The notes beneath the pieces were generated by a model. That model did no database searches. It was not told the DNA's origin and saw only the letters and a program-made list of their open reading frames with translations. Positions 40,420 to 49,445 of a DNA stretch of 64,000 nt are shown piece after piece (position 1 is the stretch's first letter; each line of letters opens with the position of its first letter). A program made the position numbers and the translations under genes. The DNA comes from Candidatus Latescibacterota bacterium (GTDB lineage Bacteria; Latescibacterota; UBA2968; GCA-2709665): NCBI GenBank assembly GCA_965226795.1, contig CBDDDZ010000004.1:1-64000 (forward strand), written 5' to 3'.

Positions 40420-41904
40420 ATGACTCGCCGTGACGCACTGGCGACTCAATGGATTCCTCAGGCCATTAAAGCCGTACTGATTCGTTCCATCCGTTCGACC
40501 AACGCCCGGATCTTCATCCTGGTCGTACTCCTGACGCCCCCGGCGGTTGCCTGTTTCCACCGGGTGCAGATGGACGATCCGTATATCACGTACCGATATG
40601 CGCGAAATTTAGCGGAAGGAACGGGGTTCATCTACAACCCCGGCGAACGGGTAATGGGAACGACGGCGCCGCTTTATGCCGTACTCCTGTCTCTGCCGGG
40701 TCGGATTGCGGGAGACTATCCACTCATCAGTACCCTTTTCAGCGGCGCCGCGCTGGGGGCGCTGGGATTGTTGATCGGACGGATCCTCGTACACTTTAAC
40801 GAAAATACGGCCGGTTTCGTTGCCGCGGTTCTCGTGGTCCTTAATCCTTACCTGGGCGATGTTCTCGGCTTTGAACTGAATCTGTTCCAGGCACTTATCT
40901 TCGGCGCCTACGCCGCCTACTTTTCGAACCGCCCGAACCTGGCGGCACTGCTGCTTGGGCTGGGCACGCTCACCCGCGGGGACGGGCTTGTACCCGCCGG
41001 ACTGATTCTGGGCCACCACCTGTGGATTCACCGGCGACACGCCTGGCGCCCGTTTCTGGTCTTTGCCATCGTTGCCGGGGGATGGTCGATCTATGCGGCG
41101 TGGAGCTACGGATCGCCTTTTCCAAATACGCTAGAGGCAAAGCGGGCCATGGGCGCGAGCGGACTCTGGCGATCGCTATGGCACGGCGTCCTTTTTACGG
41201 GCAGGCGATACCTGGAATTGTCACCTCTTTTCCTCTGGTTTGCCCTGCCGGCGCTCGTGGGCGCCAGAAGGATATTCCGTCTGGACCGACGCATTCTGCT
41301 TATCGCCGGCTGGCCGGTATTCATCTTTCTCGGGTACTGGGCGATGGGCGTGCCAGCCGCATACAACTATTATGCCGGGCTCGTCCCGCTCCTGATGATC
41401 CTGACCGCCCTGGGTACGGTCTCGTTGACCGGGTGGGTCGTGGGCCGGTGGCCGGCCTGGCGCGGCCATGAAGTCCGGATAACCGCGATGTTGTGTATCC
41501 CGCTGCTTGTTGCCTTACTCACCCCGACCGTCAGACAGCTGGGGCGGGAACCCCAACCGAGGTACCCGATCTACAAAACGGCGGGAGAGTGGCTTGCCGC
41601 AAATACACCGGCAACGGCTTCTGTCGGAATGGTCGAAATCGGCATCGTGGGTTTTTACAGTAAGAGATATATTGTGGACGTCTGTGGTCTGGTCACCCCC
41701 TCTGTCGGTCCCCACCTGGCAGCGGGTGACGTTGCCTGGCCCGTCCGAACGTACCGGCCTGATTATATGCTGTTACACGATCCCTTATGGACCTCGCTGG
41801 AAGAACCTATCGCGTCGGCGCCCTGGTTCAGGGAATCTTACGAACGCATCAGGACCTTCAACGGACCCCGGCCCTACCGGCTGGCTGTCTACGGGAAGAA
41901 ATGA
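40420..41904 (+). CDS. Polytopic GT-C-like membrane protein (AftB-like motif)
   Basis: DDPYITYRYARNLAEGTGFIYNPGERVMGTTAPLY, LTRGDG, PNTLEAK, IVDVCGLV. Confidence 0.72.
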   Translation: MTRRDALATQWIPQAIKAVLIRSIRSTNARIFILVVLLTPPAVACFHRVQMDDPYITYRYARNLAEGTGFIYNPGERVMGTTAPLYAVLLSLPGRIAGDYPLISTLFSGAALGALGLLIGRILVHFNENTAGFVAAVLVVLNPYLGDVLGFELNLFQALIFGAYAAYFSNRPNLAALLLGLGTLTRGDGLVPAGLILGHHLWIHRRHAWRPFLVFAIVAGGWSIYAAWSYGSPFPNTLEAKRAMGASGLWRSLWHGVLFTGRRYLELSPLFLWFALPALVGARRIFRLDRRILLIAGWPVFIFLGYWAMGVPAAYNYYAGLVPLLMILTALGTVSLTGWVVGRWPAWRGHEVRITAMLCIPLLVALLTPTVRQLGREPQPRYPIYKTAGEWLAANTPATASVGMVEIGIVGFYSKRYIVDVCGLVTPSVGPHLAAGDVAWPVRTYRPDYMLLHDPLWTSLEEPIASAPWFRESYERIRTFNGPRPYRLAVYGKK

Positions 41905-41986
41905 AATCGGCTCTCGTTGAAAAAACAGGTGTGCGCCATACCCGCCGCGCTTTGGTTGAAAACACTAAACAGGAGGAATCGTCGAA

Positions 41987-42268
41987 ATGGGTGAAGCCCT
42001 AGGCATGATCGAAACCAGAGGTCTGGTGGCGATGATTGAGGCGACCGATGCCATGGTGAAAGCCGCCAATGTAAAACTGGTCAACTGGGAGAAAATCGGG
42101 GCGGGCTACGTGACCGCCATCGTCCGGGGCGACGTTGCCGCCGTCAAAGCCGCCACCGAGGCGGGCGCCGCTGCCGCCGGCAAGATTGGCGAACTCATTT
42201 CCGTCCATGTCATTCCGCGCCCACACAGCAGCCTTGAAGACGTGCTGCCCATTGGCAAATCGTCCTGA
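41987..42268 (+). CDS. BMC-H hexameric shell protein (PduA/EutM-like)
   Basis: [44 protein letters not shown]. Confidence 0.97.
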   Translation: MGEALGMIETRGLVAMIEATDAMVKAANVKLVNWEKIGAGYVTAIVRGDVAAVKAATEAGAAAAGKIGELISVHVIPRPHSSLEDVLPIGKSS

Positions 42269-42285
42269 AACCCTGAGCGCCTACG

Positions 42286-42582
42286 ATGATTTTGGGTAAA
42301 GTGGTGGGGACGGTTGTCGCCACCCAGAAAGACAAGGGCCTTGTGGGGTTCAAGCTCCAGGTCGTGCAGACACTGGACCTTCAGACCCTGGAGCCCGGAA
42401 GTCGTTTCCTGGTTGCCGTCGACGCGGTCGGCGCGGGAACCAACGAAGTCGTCCTGTGCACAAGCGGCAGTTCCGCGCGGATGACCGGCTCAACAGAAGA
42501 CCGTCCCGTCGACGCGGTGGTCGTTGCCATCGTCGATTCGGTCGAAATGGAAGGTGGAACGACCTACCGCAAACATCCCTGA
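42286..42582 (+). CDS. BMC-P pentameric vertex protein (EutN/CcmL) 1
   Basis: GKVVGTVVATQK..AVDAVGAG..GSSAR..PVDA. Confidence 0.95.
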   Translation: MILGKVVGTVVATQKDKGLVGFKLQVVQTLDLQTLEPGSRFLVAVDAVGAGTNEVVLCTSGSSARMTGSTEDRPVDAVVVAIVDSVEMEGGTTYRKHP

Positions 42583-42707
42583 AATATTATACTGTTCATG
42601 GCAGCAGCGTCCCGGGCCTGACGGTTCGGCTACCTTCGCGGTGTATACAACCCCGAATTACCCGGTACTGATGTCGTATCCAAGCCGGTTTTCTTCTTCT
42701 CGTAACC

Positions 42708-44144
42708 ATGAACCTTAGCGAAGCACAAATCAGATCCGTAGTTGAGGAAGTCGTTCGTACCCTTGCTCCGGAAGGGCGGGCGCCGGCGGTCGTCTCGTCT
42801 CCATCCCGGTCGGCCGGTAACGGGGACGATGGCATCTTCGAACGCCTCGACAGTGCGATCGACGCGGCTGGTCGGGCCCAGCGCGAACTGGAAGCGCTGA
42901 CGCTCGAAACCAGGCGTAAAATCATCGAGGCCATTCGAAAGGCGGCGCTGGTCCACGCCAAGGGACTCGCGCAGATGACCGTCGACGAGACCGGAATGGG
43001 CAGAATTGCCCACAAGATCCGGAAATTCGACGTGGTCGCACGGCTCACCCCGGGCGTAGAAGACCTTGAAACGGTTGCCTGGACAGGAGACCGCGGGCTG
43101 ACCGTTGTCGAACTGGCGCCCTTTGGCGTCGTTGCCGCCGTCACACCCTCCACACATCCGGTTCCCACAACCGTGAACAATGCCATCAGCCTCATCGCCG
43201 CGGGAAACAGTGCAGTATTCGCGCCGCACCCCGCCGCCAAAAGAGTCTCCCAGTTGGGAATCCAGATCCTGAACCGAGCCATCGTCGACGCTGGCGGACC
43301 CCCAAACCTGTTAACCGCCGTCTACGAACCAGGTATCCAGACCGCTCAGGATCTTTTCGTACATCCGAAGATTGACCTGATACTGGTCACGGGCGGAGGC
43401 GGCGTCGTCAAAGCAGCAATGCAGGCGCCGAAACGGGCCATCGCCGCGGGTCCCGGAAATCCGCCGGTGGTGGTCGACGAAACCGCTGACCTCGACACGG
43501 CGGCGGAGGGCATCGTGGAAGGCGGCGCCTTCGACAACAATATTCTCTGTATCGGCGAAAAGGAAATCTTCGTCGTCGAATCGGTTGCCGACGACCTCAA
43601 GCGTTCTCTGCTGTCCAGGGGATGCGTGGAACTGGACCGTGGCCAGATCGACAGCCTGACGCGGCATGCATTCACTGAAGACGAGAGCGGGGGAAAAAAC
43701 GTCAACCGCGAATTCGTGGGCCGACACCCGCACGTGCTGGCCGAAAGCATTGGCCTGAACGTACCGCCTGAAACCGAGCTGCTGATCGGGGAGCTGGACG
43801 CCGCGCACCCCTTCACGCAGATCGAGCAGATGATGCCCTTCATTCCGTTCGTTCGGGTACCCGACGTCAACACCGGGATCAAAAGGGCCGTGGAGGCCGA
43901 ACATGGCTATCGCCACACAGCCGTCATGCACTCCAAGAACGTCGAAAACATGACCAACATGGCGCGGGCCTGCCGCTGCAGTCTATTTATAAAGAACGGC
44001 CCGTCCACTGCCGGCGTGGGTGCAGGAGGCGAAGGGTACACCTCGTTCTCTATCGCCACACCCACCGGCGAAGGCTGCACCTCGGCCAGAACCTTCACTC
44101 GGCAGCGCCGCTGCACGCTGGTCGACTATTTCAGGATCGTCTGA
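42708..44144 (+). CDS. Acylating aldehyde dehydrogenase (EutE/PduP-like) with N-terminal encapsulation peptide
   Basis: GPGNPPVVVDETAD, FDNNILCIGEKE, ATPTGEG; N-terminal EAQIRSVVEEVVRTL. Confidence 0.95.
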   Translation: MNLSEAQIRSVVEEVVRTLAPEGRAPAVVSSPSRSAGNGDDGIFERLDSAIDAAGRAQRELEALTLETRRKIIEAIRKAALVHAKGLAQMTVDETGMGRIAHKIRKFDVVARLTPGVEDLETVAWTGDRGLTVVELAPFGVVAAVTPSTHPVPTTVNNAISLIAAGNSAVFAPHPAAKRVSQLGIQILNRAIVDAGGPPNLLTAVYEPGIQTAQDLFVHPKIDLILVTGGGGVVKAAMQAPKRAIAAGPGNPPVVVDETADLDTAAEGIVEGGAFDNNILCIGEKEIFVVESVADDLKRSLLSRGCVELDRGQIDSLTRHAFTEDESGGKNVNREFVGRHPHVLAESIGLNVPPETELLIGELDAAHPFTQIEQMMPFIPFVRVPDVNTGIKRAVEAEHGYRHTAVMHSKNVENMTNMARACRCSLFIKNGPSTAGVGAGGEGYTSFSIATPTGEGCTSARTFTRQRRCTLVDYFRIV

Positions 44145-44208
44145 CAGCCGGCAACGAGCGGCGTGGCAAGGCTCTCTCTTACGATCAACTCTCAACACTC
44201 TGGTGCAC

Positions 44209-44481
44209 ATGCAACTCGGTCGCGTCATCGGAAAAGTTGTAGCCACAAGGAAAGATCCGTCGCTGACCGGCATCCCGTTGCTCGTTATCCGGCCTATGGA
44301 CCACCGTCGGAACGATCTCGGAGATACGCTGGTGGCCGCCGACGTCGTCAGCGCGGGCCAGGGCGAGACCGTCTACTGGGTCTGCGCGAGGGAAGCGCCC
44401 AATGCCCTTCCCGAAAAATACGGACCAGTAGATGCCGCCATCGTCGGCATCGCCGACCGGATCGATGTCCGGTACGAATAA
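44209..44481 (+). CDS. BMC-P (EutN/CcmL) 2
   Basis: MQLGRVIGKVVATRKD...PVDAAIVGIAD. Confidence 0.92.
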   Translation: MQLGRVIGKVVATRKDPSLTGIPLLVIRPMDHRRNDLGDTLVAADVVSAGQGETVYWVCAREAPNALPEKYGPVDAAIVGIADRIDVRYE

Positions 44482-44531
44482 AGCCTGAAACCGGTCGCAG
44501 TTGTCCGGTTTTTCTCCAATTTCCGGTTCCC

Positions 44532-44810
44532 ATGATTCTCGCCCGTGTGCTCGGCAGCGTTGTTTCCACACTGAAACATCCGGCCTACGATGCCGCCAAA
44601 CTTATGGTAGTCCAACCTGTTCAGCCAGACGGCAACGACGGCGGCGACACCCTGCTTGCCATCGACACCGTCGGCGCGGGCGCCGGCGAAACCGTCCTCG
44701 TCCTCCGCCAGGGCGTTGCGGCCGCGCAGGTTCTGGGGGTGGATCGGCCGCCCATCCGCTCCGTTATCGTAGGCATCGTGGATCAGGTCGTGTTTGAGCC
44801 AGAGACGTAA
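44532..44810 (+). CDS. BMC-P (EutN/CcmL) 3
   Basis: MILARVLGSVVSTLKH...AIDTVGAG...PIRSVIVGIVD. Confidence 0.92.
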   Translation: MILARVLGSVVSTLKHPAYDAAKLMVVQPVQPDGNDGGDTLLAIDTVGAGAGETVLVLRQGVAAAQVLGVDRPPIRSVIVGIVDQVVFEPET

Positions 44811-44866
44811 ATCAGGGCATCCATCCACCACTCGCACCTTTTGGATCACTTCCAGGTCGCCACACC

Positions 44867-45694
44867 ATGACACTCCATCAGGCAAAACTGGACATCGTGG
44901 AAGCCGGACGCAGGCTCTACGATAAAGGATATATCGTTTCGAGCGACGGCAACCTCTCCGCCCGTTTCGATGAAGGTCGTCTGATCGTAACACCCAGTGG
45001 GTTATGCAAAGGCACGATGTCCTTAGAAGATCTGTGCGTCTGCGACATGGAAGGCAGGAAGATAAGCGGCCGCCTGAGCCCTTCCTCGGAGATCGGCATG
45101 CATCTGTTTCTCTACCGGGAGAGGCCCGACATCAAGGCGGTTGTCCATGCGCATCCGCCCACGGCCACCGGATTCTCCGTTGCCGGAATGCCACTCACCG
45201 ACTGCGTACTGCCCGAAGTCGTGATCACACTCGGATCGATCCCCACGGCGGACTACGGCACGCCGGGCGGGCCGGAAATTTCCGAGCCGATTCGAAAATA
45301 CGTTAAGGACTACGACGCCTATCTGCTTGAGAACCACGGCGCGACCACCGTGGGTTCCGACGTGATGAACGCATATTTCAAAATGGAGACCCTGGAACAT
45401 TTCGCACGGATTCTGTTTGTCGCGCGTCAGTTGGGCGGCGCAAATGTACTGAATCAGGACCAGGTCGGGAAACTTCTCCAGATCCGCAAACGCCTGGGCA
45501 TCCGGGGTCCGGAACCCGCTTGCGTCGTCGGTAAGGCGCCATCCAAGCCCAGCGCTTCAAATTCGCAAATCCCCACGCTTCGCGCACGCAGCGCTTCGAC
45601 TCCTTCCTTCGGACTTCCGCCGGCGGAAGACGATCTCGTCACGGAAATCACCCGCCAGGTGATACAGGAACTCCACAACGAGAATCTCGATTAG
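44867..45694 (+). CDS. Class II aldolase (fuculose/rhamnulose-phosphate aldolase-like) with C-terminal encapsulation peptide
   Basis: DGNLS, TPSG, PSSE..MH, VHAHP, LENHG; tail DLVTEITRQVIQEL. Confidence 0.93.
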   Translation: MTLHQAKLDIVEAGRRLYDKGYIVSSDGNLSARFDEGRLIVTPSGLCKGTMSLEDLCVCDMEGRKISGRLSPSSEIGMHLFLYRERPDIKAVVHAHPPTATGFSVAGMPLTDCVLPEVVITLGSIPTADYGTPGGPEISEPIRKYVKDYDAYLLENHGATTVGSDVMNAYFKMETLEHFARILFVARQLGGANVLNQDQVGKLLQIRKRLGIRGPEPACVVGKAPSKPSASNSQIPTLRARSASTPSFGLPPAEDDLVTEITRQVIQELHNENLD

Positions 45695-45720
45695 CGCACG
45701 ACACCCGTCTCCCGCCGCCC

Positions 45721-46911
45721 ATGAAAATCCTCGTCGCCAACGTTGGCAGTACGTCATTCAAGTACAAACTCTTCAATATGACGGACGAGACGGTGCTCGC
45801 CGAGGGACGTCTCGAGCGTATCGGCGGCACACGGTGTCCCGTTGAACATCGCGTGGGTCGGTCGGAAACCCGATCCACCTGCGCACTGCCGGACTACCCC
45901 TCTGCGATCCGGAACGTGATGGATGCCCTCAGCGGGGCGGACGGGATCCGGGGGGCATCCGACCTTGATGCCGTGGGTTTCAAGACCGTCCACCTGCGAG
46001 GAGAACCCGGGATCTACATGCTGGACGACGGGATTCTTGAGCGCATGGCCGACTACAACGAACTTGCGCCGGCCCACAACCCGCCGTACATCCAGGCCAT
46101 CCGTATCTTTCAGGCGTTGTACCCCGGTCTTCCGCTGGTCGGCCTGTTCGAACCGGCCTTCCACACCACCATCCCCGACTATGCGTATACCTACAGCGTA
46201 CCCTTTTCCTGGCACGAAACCTATGGCGTGCGCAAATACGGCTTCCACGGCGCCTCCCACCGTTACATATCCGAATGGGTGCCCAGGCTCCTCGACCGAC
46301 CTTCCCAGGGGTTGAACCTGATTTCCTGCCACCTGGGCGGCAGCGCATCTCTGTGCGCTATCAAGAACGGCCGGTCCATCGACACCACGATGGGATTTTC
46401 CGCCCAGGACGGCATTATTCACGGCAGCAGGAACGGCGCCATTGACCCTTTCGTCATTCCCTTTATCATGGACCGCGAAAACCTCTCCACGGACGATATC
46501 CGGCGCATTCTCACCACGGAAAGCGGCCTGCTCGGTATCTCCGGCGTCAGCGGCGACGTTCGCGACCTGGAAGCGGCCGCCACCGCCGGAAATCGAAGGG
46601 CAAAGCTGGCCATCGAGACTTTCTGTTACGGTGTGAAGACAGCCATCGGCGCGATGGCTGCGGCGCTTGGCGGGGTCGATGCAGTTGCCTTCGCGGGAGG
46701 TATCGGCGAACGAGGCGTTGACGTTCGTCGGCGCATCTGCCACGGTCTTGAATTTCTCGGCATTCAGCTGGACGCCGAAAAGAACCGCTCGGGGCCCCCG
46801 GAACGGCTGATCTCCACTTCCGACAGCGTCGTAAAAACCCTGATTGTGACCACGAACGAAGAAATCATCGTCGCCCGCGAAACTGCGGCCTTCCTCAGAA
46901 GTCTGTTGTAG
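45721..46911 (+). CDS. ackA: Acetate/propionate kinase
   Basis: NVGSTSFKY, APAHNP, YGFHGASH, CHLGGSAS, FAGGIGE. Confidence 0.95.
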   Translation: MKILVANVGSTSFKYKLFNMTDETVLAEGRLERIGGTRCPVEHRVGRSETRSTCALPDYPSAIRNVMDALSGADGIRGASDLDAVGFKTVHLRGEPGIYMLDDGILERMADYNELAPAHNPPYIQAIRIFQALYPGLPLVGLFEPAFHTTIPDYAYTYSVPFSWHETYGVRKYGFHGASHRYISEWVPRLLDRPSQGLNLISCHLGGSASLCAIKNGRSIDTTMGFSAQDGIIHGSRNGAIDPFVIPFIMDRENLSTDDIRRILTTESGLLGISGVSGDVRDLEAAATAGNRRAKLAIETFCYGVKTAIGAMAAALGGVDAVAFAGGIGERGVDVRRRICHGLEFLGIQLDAEKNRSGPPERLISTSDSVVKTLIVTTNEEIIVARETAAFLRSLL

Positions 46912-46930
46912 CGCACAGATCCTCGAACCC

Positions 46931-48355
46931 ATGATATCCCTTTTCAGCACGCTGTTTCTCCTGCTCTCCGAAACCCTGCCCGCCTTCGATCGTGAACTCT
47001 GGACCGCCTTTCCCAACATGAACTCGGTTACGGCCCTGGCGGAAGGCAGCCAGTATATCTATGTGGGCACCCAGGGCGGTATCCGGCGTTACGATATTTA
47101 CGGCGAACGCTGGCACAGGCCGCTGACCGTCCTGGACGGCCTTCCCGACAACCGCATTCGCGCGCTGGCCTACGATGCCAATACCGGCGAACTCTGGCTG
47201 GGCACGCCGTCCGGCGCGGCCCGCTGGCTCACCCGGCTCGAGACCGTTTCTTTTTTTGGCGACGACCCACCCCCGCGTCGCCCACCAGCGCCAATTCCGC
47301 CGGTCTATCTGCCCTTTGGGCACTTCCTGCAGGACGGCTGGATACGGGGTCCACGAAGGAACTATCCAATAACATCCACGCTGATGGATACCTGGCATAC
47401 ACTGTGGATCGGCACCGGCGGGCTGGGCGTCGGCAAGGCGAACATGACAGACCGACAGCTTGAATTCCACGCATTCGGTCCTCTCGACGAAAATGTCACC
47501 GCCATGGCCAGAGACGGAGACAGCATCTGGTTTGGGGGCAAAGGTGTCTATGGCATAAGGGAACAGGGAATAACGCGGTACCATCTTTCAACCCAGATGT
47601 GGGAATACTTCGAACCGGAGAACATCATGGGTCTGGACGAGGCCCGCATTTCCACCATTTTTACAGACAGCGCTGCTGTCTGGTTCGGTGCCAGGAACGG
47701 CCTTATCCAATATGTCCGTCACACCGGTCAGTGGACGACCTATCCCATGCGCAAACGGCGTCAGGTCACCGCCCTGGCAAGGGCGAATACCCGGCTTTGG
47801 ATCGGCACCCAGGCTGGACTGGCCGTGTTCGATACACAGGCCGACACCATTCGTTGGGTAGACGGCAGTGAGGGGTTCTCCATTCAAGCCATGGCCGTGG
47901 GCGCCGACCATATCTGGGCAGGCACCCATTTAGGACTCTTTCGCTGTCCCATCGACGACGTGACCTGGACGCCCGTCCGAAGCCCCGGCGGACTCACTTC
48001 CCGTCCCATCAATGGATTGGCCACCTGTAACGCCGAGGTGTGGGCAACCGTTGAATCGCCGTCGACGCTCATTCATCTGGCCGCAGCCGACGCGGTATGG
48101 CAACGTTACGCGCTGGCCGAGGTCCACGGCAACCGGCGCGTTGCTATTGCGGCCGATTCCAGCCGGGTATGGCTGGGAACCGACCTGGGCGCGTTCCACT
48201 TCGACGTTTCCACCGGACTCTGGAGGCGCTACACACGCGCCAACGGTCTGATCGACGAACGCACGCAGGCCGTACTCCTCCAGGACGACTACGTCTGGTT
48301 TGGCACTGAAAAAGGTGTAAGCCGATACAACTGGTCGCAGGACTTTTTTAGATGA
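46931..48355 (+). CDS. Secreted beta-propeller repeat protein (Reg_prop/PorZ-like repeats)
   Basis: Signal-like N-terminus; repeated (L/V)W(I/F)GTxxGL and DGLPDNRIRAL. Confidence 0.7.
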   Translation: MISLFSTLFLLLSETLPAFDRELWTAFPNMNSVTALAEGSQYIYVGTQGGIRRYDIYGERWHRPLTVLDGLPDNRIRALAYDANTGELWLGTPSGAARWLTRLETVSFFGDDPPPRRPPAPIPPVYLPFGHFLQDGWIRGPRRNYPITSTLMDTWHTLWIGTGGLGVGKANMTDRQLEFHAFGPLDENVTAMARDGDSIWFGGKGVYGIREQGITRYHLSTQMWEYFEPENIMGLDEARISTIFTDSAAVWFGARNGLIQYVRHTGQWTTYPMRKRRQVTALARANTRLWIGTQAGLAVFDTQADTIRWVDGSEGFSIQAMAVGADHIWAGTHLGLFRCPIDDVTWTPVRSPGGLTSRPINGLATCNAEVWATVESPSTLIHLAAADAVWQRYALAEVHGNRRVAIAADSSRVWLGTDLGAFHFDVSTGLWRRYTRANGLIDERTQAVLLQDDYVWFGTEKGVSRYNWSQDFFR

Positions 48356-48614
48356 CTCGTTGTTATTTATTGACTTAATTTCGAGTGTGTCTCGTCGTGG
48401 CCAAAAAATACGTGACACGAACGGACATTTTCCTTATCTTTAGTTTTGGTATAAAATGCAACCAAGGCGCTTGCCCGTTCCTATACCGAATGGTCCTGAT
48501 GAACATTCTCCTACTTCATCTGCTAAGTTAAACGAAAGCGGCCACTCCGAGTGCATCCGCGCGACCGGAATGGCCGCTTAAATGTTTGCTTATTTCCAAA
48601 TTCCGGGGCCTCCG

Positions 48615-49064
48615 ATGGCAAAAAACGCGTTGGGTCTAATCGAAACTCGCGGATTCACGGGCGTCGTTGAAGCGGCCGACGCGGCCGTCAAGGCCGCCGA
48701 CGTCGAACTCGCGGGTGTCGAAAAGATAGAGGGCGGCCTGGTATCCATTCGAATCCTGGGCGACGTCGGTGCCGTTCAAGCCGCTGTACAGGCGGCCGCT
48801 CAGGCCGCAGAGCGAGTCGGCCAGCTGGTATCCCAGCACGTCATTCCGAACCCTCACGACGATCTGGTGGACGTATTCGAATTGGACGGACCGAAACCCC
48901 CGTCCCCCAAGGATTCGGACCTCGGCGGTCTCTCGGTTGTAAAGCTCCGACGCCTGGCCAGACTGACGCCCGACCTCTCCATCAAGGGGCGCGAGATTTC
49001 GCGCGCCAGCCGGCAACAATTAATCCAGGCGCTCCTCAGCGCGGATGCCAACATCGACAAGTAA
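48615..49064 (+). CDS. BMC-H shell protein with a basic helical C-terminal extension
   Basis: ALGLIETRG..DAAVKAADV..GDVGAVQAA..HVIPNPH, then LSVVKLRRLAR..IKGREISRASRQQLIQAL. Confidence 0.9.
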   Translation: MAKNALGLIETRGFTGVVEAADAAVKAADVELAGVEKIEGGLVSIRILGDVGAVQAAVQAAAQAAERVGQLVSQHVIPNPHDDLVDVFELDGPKPPSPKDSDLGGLSVVKLRRLARLTPDLSIKGREISRASRQQLIQALLSADANIDK

Positions 49065-49081
49065 CGTCGAAGGAGACCGGG

Positions 49082-49426
49082 ATGGATACCGATACGCTTT
49101 GGGAACGCATTAAGAAGGGGATCATCGACAGCGCCGCAACGGCGGCCCACAAGGCCGAGCACCTCGGGAAAATCGGTCGCGCCAGGCTCGATATCGCGGG
49201 AACCCGCCATGCCATACACGAAGCATTTTCCGAACTGGGTGGCGCGGTCTATGCCCACATGTCCGCAGGTAGCGACGTCGGCGTCGCTCAAACAGACGAC
49301 GTCCAGGATCTGGTGCGGAGAATCAACGAACTGGAAAATCTGCTACAGGAGCGAGAAGCCCATCTGAAGAATCTGAAAGCGGGCAACAGCGAGGAAAAGG
49401 AGAAGGCCGCAGAGGCGGAAACCTGA
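49082..49426 (+). CDS. Hypothetical coiled-coil protein
   Basis: GAAGGAG RBS; helical, charged sequence. Confidence 0.75.
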   Translation: MDTDTLWERIKKGIIDSAATAAHKAEHLGKIGRARLDIAGTRHAIHEAFSELGGAVYAHMSAGSDVGVAQTDDVQDLVRRINELENLLQEREAHLKNLKAGNSEEKEKAAEAET

Positions 49427-49445
49427 CCTTGTCGGCCTTATCGGC

